64,000 nt of DNA from an uncultured virus (IMG/VR IMGVR_UViG_3300049913_000012) (Duplodnaviria; Heunggongvirae; Uroviricota; Caudoviricetes), in IMG/VR virus record IMGVR_UViG_3300049913_000012, one strand, 5' to 3'. The notes beneath the pieces are model-generated. The model made no database searches. It saw only the letters and a program-made list of their open reading frames with translations, and was not told where the DNA came from. Below are positions 9,072 to 20,000 of the stretch, one piece after another. The position numbers were made by a program, and so were the translations under genes. Each line of letters opens with the position of its first letter. The stretch's first letter is position 1.

Positions 9072-10451
9072 ATGGCAGTCGGAGATTTTGATCTCTATTA
9101 TTCAGACGAGCCTTTTTCTATCATGGATAAGAACCAGAGAAACTGGCTAGACCCAGACTTGATTGACATCTGGCGTCTGAACTCCGTTTTTCGCCCCCTC
9201 ATCACTTTCACGAAGAACTTGGGTGATATTCGGGCCAAAACGATGACCGTAACACAGTTACTCGACCCCCATGCCGATACGACCCCTCTTTCCCCTCGCC
9301 AAATCTGGATGCCCTCAATGCACCTGGATAGTCGGGAAATCGAGATTACTTTCCAAAACAACGGAAACAAAATCGCATACCACAAGTATGACGACATGAT
9401 CTCGTACTGGAAGAAAAATGGTCAGGCTGGCATGCGGGCCATAGCTCGTGGCGCTCTTGGACAAGCGGAAGTGGATATGAATGACATGCTTGCTCGCAAC
9501 GCTCTCATTTCTGGCAGTATGCTCACTGGTTTCTCACTGTATGGCACTAGTGGTTCTGGTGCTGATTTTGCAGCGATTGACGGTGGTCAACTGTACAGTC
9601 CTGAGATGGGTGCTGACATCATGTTAGGCATGGCCTATCGCAATGTCCCAGGCGCTATGTCCCCCTCTGGTGCTGGTTTGACAGTCGTGTGCTACACGAC
9701 ACCAGGGGTTATCTACGACATCCAGAAGAACGAAGACTGGAAGTCGGCTCATGAATATGCTCACGATACCGCCCTGCTAAACTATGAGGTCGGAGCTTAC
9801 AAGAATGTCCGTTATGTCCAGACGCCTAAGGCGACTCTCTGGAACTGCGGTAACATTATTGCTCGTGCTCCGATCAACCTTGCAGTCTTTGCAGGGGATG
9901 GTGCGCCCGATCCTAAGACCGTCAAGGTCGATGGAACTTACCGCACTGGTCAAACCACAGCCTCTGTCAAGAACTACATCCAATTGGGTGTGTTCACGAC
10001 TGGCGCTATCACCGACATTCATGTCAACGACATTATCACTTTCCATCAAACAACTACCGATGTCTATGGAGTCATTGGTGGCGTTGACTTCAATGAAGGT
10101 AAGCTTCAGAACCGCAGAGTCGTGGCTGTCAATACTGGCACAGGCCAGATTTGCATTGACATCCCGTTCCTTGTCGATTTTGACAATGATCTGGGTGGTG
10201 GTGTATTTGGTTACATCACCAAAGGTCATAACATCCACGCCTCGATCTTCATTGGTGGGGCCAATTCCCTCGTAGCTGGCGTTGCTCAGCAACCCATGTT
10301 CTACGATCTTGACCCAATTGATGATTTCAAGGCAATCTACCGCTTCAGCTTTGACCAGCGAATCGGCTACCAGCCTTACACTCCAGAAGTCATGGAAGTG
10401 GTCTTCACTGCTGGTACGACCCGTGTAAAGGGTGTAGGGGGTGTCCAGTAA
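9072..10451 (+). CDS. Major capsid protein (HK97 fold) with inserted domain
   Basis: GGAGG RBS; size and position; TTPGVIYDI...NYEVGAYKNVRYVQT motif. Confidence 0.85.
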   Translation: MAVGDFDLYYSDEPFSIMDKNQRNWLDPDLIDIWRLNSVFRPLITFTKNLGDIRAKTMTVTQLLDPHADTTPLSPRQIWMPSMHLDSREIEITFQNNGNKIAYHKYDDMISYWKKNGQAGMRAIARGALGQAEVDMNDMLARNALISGSMLTGFSLYGTSGSGADFAAIDGGQLYSPEMGADIMLGMAYRNVPGAMSPSGAGLTVVCYTTPGVIYDIQKNEDWKSAHEYAHDTALLNYEVGAYKNVRYVQTPKATLWNCGNIIARAPINLAVFAGDGAPDPKTVKVDGTYRTGQTTASVKNYIQLGVFTTGAITDIHVNDIITFHQTTTDVYGVIGGVDFNEGKLQNRRVVAVNTGTGQICIDIPFLVDFDNDLGGGVFGYITKGHNIHASIFIGGANSLVAGVAQQPMFYDLDPIDDFKAIYRFSFDQRIGYQPYTPEVMEVVFTAGTTRVKGVGGVQ

Positions 10452-11092
10452 TGGCTATAACGTATGCTGACTTACAAAATCGGGTAGCTAGGCTCGTCTC
10501 TGATCCTAACATCTCAAGTTATGCTGAGGAAATCTATCTTGATGCAATTCAAGCTGCTCATGATGCGATCCTACCTTGGCTGCCTAACTATTGCTCCGTC
10601 ATCATTCCTGCTTCATCTGGCTCTGGCGGGGTATATCCATTACCCGATGATGTATACGATATACAGTCTGTCCGAATAGGAACAGGCAAATATATCCCCA
10701 AAGCAACGTTAGCCTCTGGAACAAACCGCCCTACATCCCTGACGGCATGCGACTGGATCGAAACGCCAAAAGGTTTCCTAAGTATCTCTGCAAGTAGTGA
10801 ATATGTTACCGATAACCTTCTAGTGAACTATCTTGGATATTGGCCTAAACCGATTGCTGCTGAATCTATTATCTACGTGCCTCGAATAGGTCACATGGGT
10901 ATGATCTACTATTCTGCCAGCATTGTTATAACGCCAACAGTCGTTGATATATCCACACTCGGCCCATTCAAAATAAGGGTCGAGAGTGGAACACCCGAAG
11001 ACAATCCTATGATGAGAACATCAGAATGGTTTAGACAATTATTCCTACAGGAGATGAAAATGATGCCACCTTACCAGAAGGCTGCTGCATGA
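10451..11092 (+). CDS. Head-tail adaptor protein
   Basis: MAITYADLQNRV..., YPLPDD motif; directly after MCP. Confidence 0.65.
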   Translation: MAITYADLQNRVARLVSDPNISSYAEEIYLDAIQAAHDAILPWLPNYCSVIIPASSGSGGVYPLPDDVYDIQSVRIGTGKYIPKATLASGTNRPTSLTACDWIETPKGFLSISASSEYVTDNLLVNYLGYWPKPIAAESIIYVPRIGHMGMIYYSASIVITPTVVDISTLGPFKIRVESGTPEDNPMMRTSEWFRQLFLQEMKMMPPYQKAAA

Positions 11093-11625
11093 GTCAAATC
11101 AAGCATCTACTTGTGGTAGCTATTGCAACTTGGCTTGAGCAAAAGCTGATTTATGAGATCAGTGATGATACTCAGGCTAAGATCGTCAAGCCATACCGCT
11201 TCCAAGATAATCCTCTGACCAACAATATCTATGTTTGGGTATCTACTGGAGACATTCAGAACCCTGATGACCCTGACGCTAGGATTGGCACAAATAAAAT
11301 GGAAGATTTGGGCTTGAAGATACCCTCTGGAGAAGTAGGTGGTGGACATCTCTGGTGGCGTAGAGGTAGAGCAGAAGTTGGTTGCTACTTCATCAAAAGT
11401 GATTATACGGAAGTTGTAGCTGCTGACTATGCTCAAATAGTACAAGGACGCACTATGTACTGGCTCGAAAGAGCACCAATTGGCGGTCTAGTCGATGAGT
11501 TTGGCGAAAAAGCTTACATGATATTCCTCTATGCCTCTACCTTCTTTGAGGGTGGTGGGCCAGTAAATAAATATTACTGGAGAGGTTCTGTATCATGGCA
11601 GGCTCTAACTGAACGTCCGTTATAG
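11089..11625 (+). CDS. Tail terminator / head-tail joining protein (putative)
   Basis: Position between adaptor and tail tube; 178 aa. Confidence 0.5.
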   Translation: MSQIKHLLVVAIATWLEQKLIYEISDDTQAKIVKPYRFQDNPLTNNIYVWVSTGDIQNPDDPDARIGTNKMEDLGLKIPSGEVGGGHLWWRRGRAEVGCYFIKSDYTEVVAADYAQIVQGRTMYWLERAPIGGLVDEFGEKAYMIFLYASTFFEGGGPVNKYYWRGSVSWQALTERPL

Positions 11626-11636
11626 GAGAGACTAAA

Positions 11637-12722
11637 ATGACTACTGTAGCTCAAGCTGGTATTTTTGGTTTTGGCCCTTCGGCTGGCAAAGGCAGTGGAG
11701 TATCAGATGGCAAATGGTATCGTCACAAGGCAACTCTAGTTGACTTGGCAGTACTTGACGATCAGCGCCTTGGCCCTCCTGAAGTCGGTGGACGCCCCTT
11801 ACCTACGCTGCCCTATAAGGCTGGCGTTATGGTTGGTGGGGGTGCGACACTCAATCCTCGTCTCGAAGCTAGCTTAGGCTGGCTGGTAGCGGGTGCATTA
11901 GGTTCTTCTACTCCTACCTCTGGTAGTGGTGGAATCGTTAGCCATGTGATGAGGATCAATCAAGCTCTCCCAGGCTTAGTACGCTGGATGGGGTTCCGCA
12001 AATTCATTCCTTCAGATACATCGGGGAGTGCAATCGGTGAAACCTATAAAGACTGCAAGATCACTAACCTCGTTTTGACACTTCCGAATGATGGTCTGGT
12101 GAGTGCTCGTTGTGATGTTGTCGGTAGAGAATTTTCCATTGAACAAGACCCTGCTTGGGGTACAACCTCAGGCTCTGGCGGTGGATGGGATCCTCTCTAT
12201 GGCGAGTTTGAGGATTATCAATCAGTACCTATCGGAACTGACGAAGGTGGCTATATCTATGTACCCGATTTTGGTGAACTTCCTGTCGTACAGTGCCAAG
12301 TTGGTATCCAAAACATGCCTCTTGACCCACGTATGGAGAAAGTTTACGGAAGTCCGTACCTGGATGATGTCACTATCGTTAGTCGTGCTGTGACCCTCGA
12401 TCTTACTGTAAAGTGGCGTGACCCAAGTCTCTATCGTAGAATCCTAACTGGCTCGATCAGTGGGACTACTTGGTCTGCCAAACCATTTACTCAAGAAGTA
12501 CAGTTCCGAACAAAGTCGCCCTTCAATATGACAGGGGAGTCGTTGCCCTACATATTGGACATCTATGTTAATGAAGCTATGCTTGCATTACAAGGTGGCA
12601 TCCAGCTTGCGGGTAACAATGCAGTAATGATGAGATTTACGGGAACTGCTCTTGATGTGGCTGGTGACTACTGTCTCTTCACTCTTCAAAACCAGTATCC
12701 AACCTATGCTTGGCCTACCTAA
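11637..12722 (+). CDS. Major tail tube protein
   Basis: Position; beta-rich; YKDCKITNLVLT and RAVTLDLTV motifs typical of tube proteins. Confidence 0.75.
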   Translation: MTTVAQAGIFGFGPSAGKGSGVSDGKWYRHKATLVDLAVLDDQRLGPPEVGGRPLPTLPYKAGVMVGGGATLNPRLEASLGWLVAGALGSSTPTSGSGGIVSHVMRINQALPGLVRWMGFRKFIPSDTSGSAIGETYKDCKITNLVLTLPNDGLVSARCDVVGREFSIEQDPAWGTTSGSGGGWDPLYGEFEDYQSVPIGTDEGGYIYVPDFGELPVVQCQVGIQNMPLDPRMEKVYGSPYLDDVTIVSRAVTLDLTVKWRDPSLYRRILTGSISGTTWSAKPFTQEVQFRTKSPFNMTGESLPYILDIYVNEAMLALQGGIQLAGNNAVMMRFTGTALDVAGDYCLFTLQNQYPTYAWPT

Positions 12723-12733
12723 AAGGTGATGAT

Positions 12734-13180
12734 ATGGCTCAACCCCTAATTCGCACAAAGCTAACCCACGATCCAGCTTCGATGGAGGGTCAGTCCTACG
12801 CTCCGATAATCGTGGTTCTGACTGCTGAAGTCACTTCTGGTAGTGGGCATAGCGATCTTTATACCGTTCCTGCTGGCTACTGGCTAGAGGAAGCAACTGG
12901 TATCATCATCGAGGCTCTCGATGCTGGTACGGTTGACTTTGGGCAAGATGGTGCAGCTTCCAGTCTAATCGCTAACAACGAGTGGACTGAAACTACCAAG
13001 GGTCAAATTGCCTGTAGTCGGAAGACAACTGCTCAAGCTGGACTCTACTTTGATGCTGTCGATCTACTCCGTGTAACATTTGGTGGAGCATGCACCGAAG
13101 GCAAGGTAATGTTTATCCTGAAGTTATGGGATTTGAATAGCATTATCGCTCAAGGCGTCCACGCAGCAGTAGAAGTGTAA
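12734..13180 (+). CDS. Virion structural / decoration protein (putative)
   Basis: ATG 12734; LYTVPAGYW...DAGTVDFG beta-sandwich pattern. Confidence 0.5.
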   Translation: MAQPLIRTKLTHDPASMEGQSYAPIIVVLTAEVTSGSGHSDLYTVPAGYWLEEATGIIIEALDAGTVDFGQDGAASSLIANNEWTETTKGQIACSRKTTAQAGLYFDAVDLLRVTFGGACTEGKVMFILKLWDLNSIIAQGVHAAVEV

Positions 13181-13190
13181 CCAAATCCAT

Positions 13191-13234
13191 GTGGAGTAGG
13201 AGAGGAGTGCCACCCCTCACTCCTCTCCATCCAC
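13191..13234 (+). terminator. Strong hairpin (terminator or processing site)
   Basis: GTGGA-GTA-GGAGAGGAGTG / CACTCCTCTCC-A-TCCAC inverted repeat between structural genes. Confidence 0.55.
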
Positions 13235-13265
13235 AACATTTCTCGCATGCGAGGAGTTATGTACC

Positions 13266-13709
13266 ATGCCTATTAGATTAGATGTTCCTTTGGAAAAAGA
13301 GTACACCCTGGAAAAGTCAGATAAAGTCTTTGGTGTTGCAGCAGCCGAGTCTACACGAGTCACCATTCGTCAGGCGACTCAGGGTGAGCATGAACGTAGA
13401 GCAGCCTTATTCTCTCAGGTCATCAGAGAAATGGCGAGAGATTCCTCACAGGAAGATGTAGTGAGGCTGATCCAGCGCTTTAGTTTTGAAGAATTGAAGC
13501 GCATTGAGGTTCAGTTGACCATGAAGTCTTGTAATATTCTGGGTGCTGATGGTAAACTGCTGTTCAAATTCAACGCTGATGGTAGAATCAGTGAAGATAA
13601 GTTCAGGGACGCCTGGGATGTCTTGCCTCCATCGGTAGCGACAGAAATCCATGATTGCGTGCTTGAACTAAATGTAGATTGGCAACCCCAATTGGGGGAA
13701 GGCGACTAA
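13266..13709 (+). CDS. Tail assembly chaperone (gpG-like)
   Basis: Upstream of the tape measure gene; ends at slippery GGGGGAA (13694-13700). Confidence 0.75.
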   Translation: MPIRLDVPLEKEYTLEKSDKVFGVAAAESTRVTIRQATQGEHERRAALFSQVIREMARDSSQEDVVRLIQRFSFEELKRIEVQLTMKSCNILGADGKLLFKFNADGRISEDKFRDAWDVLPPSVATEIHDCVLELNVDWQPQLGEGD

Positions 13710-14002
13710 GGGAGGTTTTAGAGAGCCTTCAGAATAAATTAGCTGACTACTTTGGGATGCTCAACCAAATAAGGGCTGAGCTAAAGGTAGCGCCAGAAGA
13801 TCGTCATGAAAAACCTGACGAGCTAAAGAAGTACGAACAGATGAAGGCATTAGGTCTGCCTGTATGGGCTGGTGGTGTACAAGACCAGCCTCACATCTGG
13901 CTTGAGATGATAGGCATTATAGAGAACACCCTAAAGGTCTTCAATCTCGTGCCAAGTACTTCGGCGCAACCAAAGGAAGGTCAGCATGCCCCCGACAACT
14001 AG
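13694..14002 (+). CDS. Tail assembly chaperone -1 frameshift extension (gpGT-like)
   Basis: Overlapping ORF in the -1 frame across GGGGGAA; LPVWAGGVQDQPHIW motif. Confidence 0.7.
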   Translation, partial: GGRRLREVLESLQNKLADYFGMLNQIRAELKVAPEDRHEKPDELKKYEQMKALGLPVWAGGVQDQPHIWLEMIGIIENTLKVFNLVPSTSAQPKEGQHAPDN

Positions 14003-17000
14003 TAGGTATCTAGTTCCTTACGACCCAACTGGTCAAAGCCAGGAGATAGGGATGACTTCACTCGTCCAGAGACTGAACGATGAGCTCAGGAACGAGGGTT
14101 ATACCTTTGCTGTTGACGAAAGAGCAAAACTTGAAAATGGTTTCTTTCGTGTCAATGTGTCTAAGGGTGGTGGTTTATCTTTGGGGGAGTACAACTTATA
14201 TCTCGACCTTCGTTTAGGATTACTTAGTCCTAGGGGACAAGTTATCGAGATGGCGTCATCTACGATGGCAAATTTTGGCATGCCTGGATTTGCACGTCAT
14301 ATCCCTGCTCAAAATCAGATTTCCAGTACTGTCGATACCTTCAAAGACTATGTACGCTCGATCTACGACTTTGCTTTAGCAGAGGGTAAACAGCCAAGAG
14401 AAGTAGCTTGGACAGTCTACCAGAAGGGTTATGAGCCACGTAATTATCCAGCCTCTGAAACAGTTGGTATAGAGTCGTATGAAACTCCCATGACCCCTGC
14501 TGCTGGTGGTGTTATCACCCGTAGTTCTAGTAGTGGTCAGAGAGCACTTATGGCTTCTACAGTGCGATGGGTTGTGCCTTTTGGGACAGAACCAAAAGAC
14601 TATGTAAACAAAACGATGGAGAGAGGTAACGCTGCTGAACCTCTTGGAATGCCAGGATATGGCCCCAACTTGAAGATGAGTGGTTGGACACCAATGGGGA
14701 CACAGATGTACACAGCACGTCCTCAATTCGCTGGTGGAGAACAAACATTTGTAAAACTACCTCGTGGTTTGGTCGGTTCTTTCAAGAGTATGACTTCTAC
14801 CTTTGGTGCTCGAAATTTAGCTGATGTACCCTTGGTGCGTGATCCATCGACAGGTAGATATATCAAGGTAAAACCAAGTCAAGCTACTCAGGGTGCTGGC
14901 TATCGTACAGGCTGGACTCAATCGACAATGGTTCTTCCTACTGAGACAGAGCCAAGAACAGTATTCTCTGCCTCTGTGGGCATGATCGACCAACCTGATA
15001 TGCCTGGAGCTATGTTCCAGTCAAAAGGTGCTTTTGACTTCTTTGACCAGAGTATAAGCAACAAAGGCATAGTACAAAAGCAACGTACTGCTGCTATTGG
15101 CGAGAGTGGTGACATTACCTATGAGTTTGGTGTCAAGACCGCAGAAGAGCTCGGAAAGATCGTACAGAGTGGCCTAGAGTTTCTTGACATTGAAGGAAAG
15201 CAAATGCGTCCTGGTAGGGGCATGCAGACAATTGCTCGCTATCAACCTGAAGGCGCAGACAAGTATAAAAACTTATTCATCGAAAAACGTTCCTATCCTG
15301 TTGTCCTGCATAAACCCACACTTCATATCCCTCAGTATTATGAAGTTACTCCTGGTGGAGAAATGTTTTCCAATCTTCCTGTTTACGACCAGGAAGGTAC
15401 GACTTTGCTAACCACTGACAACATTATCTCTGATCTGAAGGCCAAGTATGGAGATAATGTCAATATTGTTCAGTACAGTGCAATAGGTTCAAGAGGTGAA
15501 GCAAATCCTGCTGCTGTATATCTGACTATTCCTATGGAGCGTGTCAATCCCGTAGGAGCTAAGAGTGATGCTTTCAAAGCCTATCCAGCCCCCAAGGATT
15601 ACCAATTCAAGCTACGTTATCTTGGAAGTGAAGAGCATGAGACTCCTGTTGACTTTGTGACCCAGGAAGGCAAGATTCCTCCTCGTGCTATCATGCAGTC
15701 TGTCGGTATTATGAATAAGGAAGCTGCTGTAGAGTTTATGGGATTATTCTTACCACAGGGCAATGATCTTGAAACTCAGGCAGTCAAGAAGATACAAGAG
15801 TACATCGGGGAACAATTTACTAAGCCAAAAGTCACATTAGAGTCAAGAAGCATGGCTACGATCTGGAATCAGATTACAGGACAGACTCTTTCTCCTGACG
15901 AACTATTTGGCAGGATGGGAGAAAGGATCGGGGCTATAACAGATAGTGTCCAGGCTGTAGACATGGCAAATAAGTTTGGCTTACGTATTCCTGTCAAACA
16001 GATGGCATTCGGGGGTGTTTATTCCGAAAGCTCCATGAATCAATTGAAAGAAATCTTTGGGGAGTTCGGGCCTGAAGCGCAGTCGTTGCTCCGTTTTGAG
16101 CCATACAAAGCTCCAGGTAAAGACACAGCTATGGCAGAAGCTCTCAAGGGGAGTATAAGTGCCGATCTTTATTCCATGTATTATCAGGTTCCTGGTGGGG
16201 CTGCTAAGAATATAACCTTGCAGACAGGACTCTCGTTTGTGTCTGAGTACACATCACAGTCTGGATATGTCAACGCTAAAGGTATTATGTCACTTATCCA
16301 GAACTACCCCAAGATCGCCTTTGCGATGGGGCTTGCAGATCGACAAGGTAACTGGAAAGGCGTCTTTTCCTCCAAGGCTTATAGTGAGGGACAACCTGAA
16401 CCTAGCGTAGCTGCTGCTCAGGTTCTAAAACCATACCTTGAATTTCAGCAGAAACTATTCAATAGTGATAATGTCAACTTCTCTCTGCCAGCAAAGCATA
16501 TTGCCCTTGATGCTGATATGGCAGCCGATATGCTTTCTATCATTGGGTCTGCTAAACAGCAACCTACCGATCAGGCACAACTAGAAGCCCTAAAACACGA
16601 TCTAGGAGAACTCAATCCTAAGGTCTATGGTCTAGAGAAACGGACTTCATTCACAGACTCATTCTTTTATGATCCCAATACGGGAACAATTGCTCCGAGT
16701 GTCGAATCTATTATCGGGACTGAGACTTATGAGAAAGGTGTTCAGGAAGGGCAGACAGTCAAGTATTTAGGCAAGAACTATATGAATCTGCTTGAGTCAA
16801 TGGCTAGGTCTGCAATGTCCGAGCCAGGAGCAATGCAGAATGTAGTCGGCCCTGTTAGAGAATCATTTTTCAGGAAGATCAATAAGATGGTCTATCCTGG
16901 TGGCAGACGTTCTAAGGAGTTTGCACGTAATATCGTTGGTATGAATCTCCCTGGTACTCGTGGTGGACGTTATCAGGGTATGACTGAGCTAGAGTCTGGT

Positions 17001-20000
17001 AATGCCTATGCCTCAGATGAATATATCATTCGTATGCTCTCGAATGGTGGCTTTATGAAGGCAGGGCAGATCAGTAGTATTTTGAGATACCTAAATGGTA
17101 AACCAGAAGCCTATTTACCGATTCTGTCTCAACGTTTCCCTGATGTAGGTGGCGAGACAATGTTCATGCCACTCAAGTTACGCTCAGCGAAGCATCTAAA
17201 GGCACTCGGCGTACCAATCCCAGAAGGCCCAACAGCCAATGATCTGATGTTCATGTCTACCAACGTCAACCGATTCCAAGTTGGTGACTTTGACGCCGAT
17301 CCTGCTAAGCAAAAAGTTCTTCCTATGAACCGCCTGTTCGACCCTAAAAGTAAACAGTGGACAGACGAGTGGTACATGAGTGGTGATCTTACTGGTGAGT
17401 TTGAGAGTAAATTCAAGGAATACTACGGAACTAGTGCTGCCATTGGACAGAAGATGGAGGAATTATTCGGCATTCATGGTACATCTGCTGGTGGCAATCT
17501 AGGCAAGTCATCAGAGAGTCTAGATGTTGCTAGAAAGAATGCTGCTGATTACATTACAGCAGTGTTGGGCGAATCAACCAGTTATCAATCTCGCATGCGA
17601 GAAAGTGGGGGTTTCTTAGCTAAGGACGCTCAGGAACAGCAAATGAATGTCATGCACATGAAAAGTGGCATGGGACTATCCTACATCATGCGTACTGAGC
17701 TCACCGATATTGCTTCTGCGGTTTTGGGTATGTCTGGCAGAGACACAGGCATTTTCAAGAGAGCCTACGAGAGCAGTGGCCTAACCTACCAGATGTATCT
17801 TGATAGATGGCAAAATATGAAGGGTGGCTTTACTGCTGTAGAAACCCTGATGAATACTTATGGTATCTATGGTATTGACGAAGCTCAGGGAGTAAGCAAT
17901 TACAGGGTAAGTTATAAACTCACAGAGCAAGGTCTACCAGTCGATGTTGATAGAAAGAATTGGAGTACTGGCGGTGGCGCTGGAATGGAAGCGTCCAGTG
18001 GTTTGCTGCGCCAGTTACTACATGTGGTTGGCAATATGCCAAAAGACATCATGACAGATGAAATGCTGGCATGGCTTGTCTCTGGCACAGGTGGTGCAGG
18101 AAAGGTACTTACCGCCCTAAAGAATCCTGCTGACTTCTGGAAAGCAGGGGGAATGGAGAGTACATGGTCTAAAGAAGCCATTGGGAATCGAGCTAATATT
18201 GTCAAGGAAATGACGAAGACTGGTGAGGTTGGTTTCAACTCTCCTCTGTACATGGGACTTACCTATAAGGCTATTCAGAGAGCAGCTAGAGACTTCCCAG
18301 GTTATATACAAAACCGAGATATTGTTCTTCCCTGGCTAGACGGAAAGATGATGCCTGTTTCAGACATCATGCAGACACCCGAATATAGGTTATGGGGTGT
18401 GGCTGAGAATATGTTTGTCAGGGGTAGCAAGGCAATTGATCCGAAAGATATGCAGCTTCTAGAAAATATTGGAGGCCCACGTCTAGCAGGAGAAATGGCT
18501 GGTATCTACTCTTCTTGGAAACAGGCTACAGGTGGTATCTATCCTGTCGAGCAAGCTGAGTTAGAGTATGGCGCAAGACAAAAGAAGGCTTACCAGATAT
18601 TCGGTGAGACTGCCATAAAGAATACACCTGTTGTCCACGCCAGTGAACTTGGTGCATTGCTTGGCTTGCCAAATCAGCTTAGAGCACAAGGATGGCTTGA
18701 GACAGGTGGGCCTGAAAAGATAGAAGCTCAGTATCATGCGGTTCTAAGTGCCTTGGGTGCTCCACAGTTGATGTCAAGCAGAGACTATCCAGGTACACAA
18801 TTCCTAACTACAGCAAAGATCATGGCTGGTGAGTCTATTATAGGTGGTACTGAGTATGAAGCAGCTTATGCAAGATCGCACCCAGGGCTAACTCACGTTG
18901 GCAGTGTAGACCCCAATGCTTCTCTGAAGTATCGCCTAGGTGGTCTGGAAATTCGGGGTGTACCTGACTTTATTAGTCTTGAGAATGGCAAGTTTGTTAT
19001 TCGTGATACTAAGAGTCCTGCTGAGAGAGAGGGCATTCAATATACTGCTGGCTTTGCTGAAACAATGGCAAAGAAATATCGCTATCGTATCCAGCAGATG
19101 GCTTATGCCTACGGTCTTGAGAAGATGGCGAAGGATACAGGCTTTTCAGATCCTCAGTGGATAAGCTTCATGAAGAACTGGCATCTCGACAATCCTGATA
19201 CTGCGCTAACGATGAGACAAGCTGCTGCTGCTGGTAACTTCAAGCTTCTGATCGCTCCAGGGCGTTATGTCTCTGGACTAACACCAGATGTATTCAAAGA
19301 GATTGAGGTTCCTTATGGAAACACAGAGAAACTAGAACTTGAAACCCTGGCTGCATCAGCTAAGGAGCAATTATTCCAGCCTAAGGTTGTAGGTAGGGTC
19401 GCTTCTAATATCTATACAGCACTAGCCAAAGGCACTACGCTAACTGATCTTCCAAGTTACACTCGCTCTGGACAACCTGTCGATATGGAAATGTACGATC
19501 TGTTCAGAAAAACTGCTGAACAGACTGGCTTCCCAATCGAAGGGGCAAGGATGTCTGGCGGTGGACGTATTGATAGTAAGCTCAATAGGATAGTCCGTGT
19601 AGGCGAAGGTGGCCCTGAAGACATCATTCTTAGCAATAATGAAGTCACTGTTGTTCCAACAAGTGATATACCTAACCGCACTATGAGTCAATATAGGCAG
19701 GGTGGTGGTCTGGCTTATAGTGATGAAATATATCGTAGGAAGAAAGCTGAGCGAGAACTTAGAAAACTACAGCAACAGATGGGTGTCCCCATAGCCACTG
19801 GCAATGAAGATTTAGGTCTTCTGGGTCGATTAGTCCCTAGTGAAACTGCAACAGAGCCAGTGATCCCTGCTCCTGTCCAGCCTGGGACAAATATCATTAG
19901 TGAAGAGTACCTATCCAGACTAGAAGCAATCTCAGGTACATTTGGAACGTCAGCCAGCACTCTCCAAGCAATTCAAGAGGGTGGGGGCATGACAATGAGA

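Noticed and set aside
9777..10292. Overlapping 163-171 aa ORFs within the capsid gene
   Set aside because: Alternative-frame or antisense shadows with no RBS or motif support
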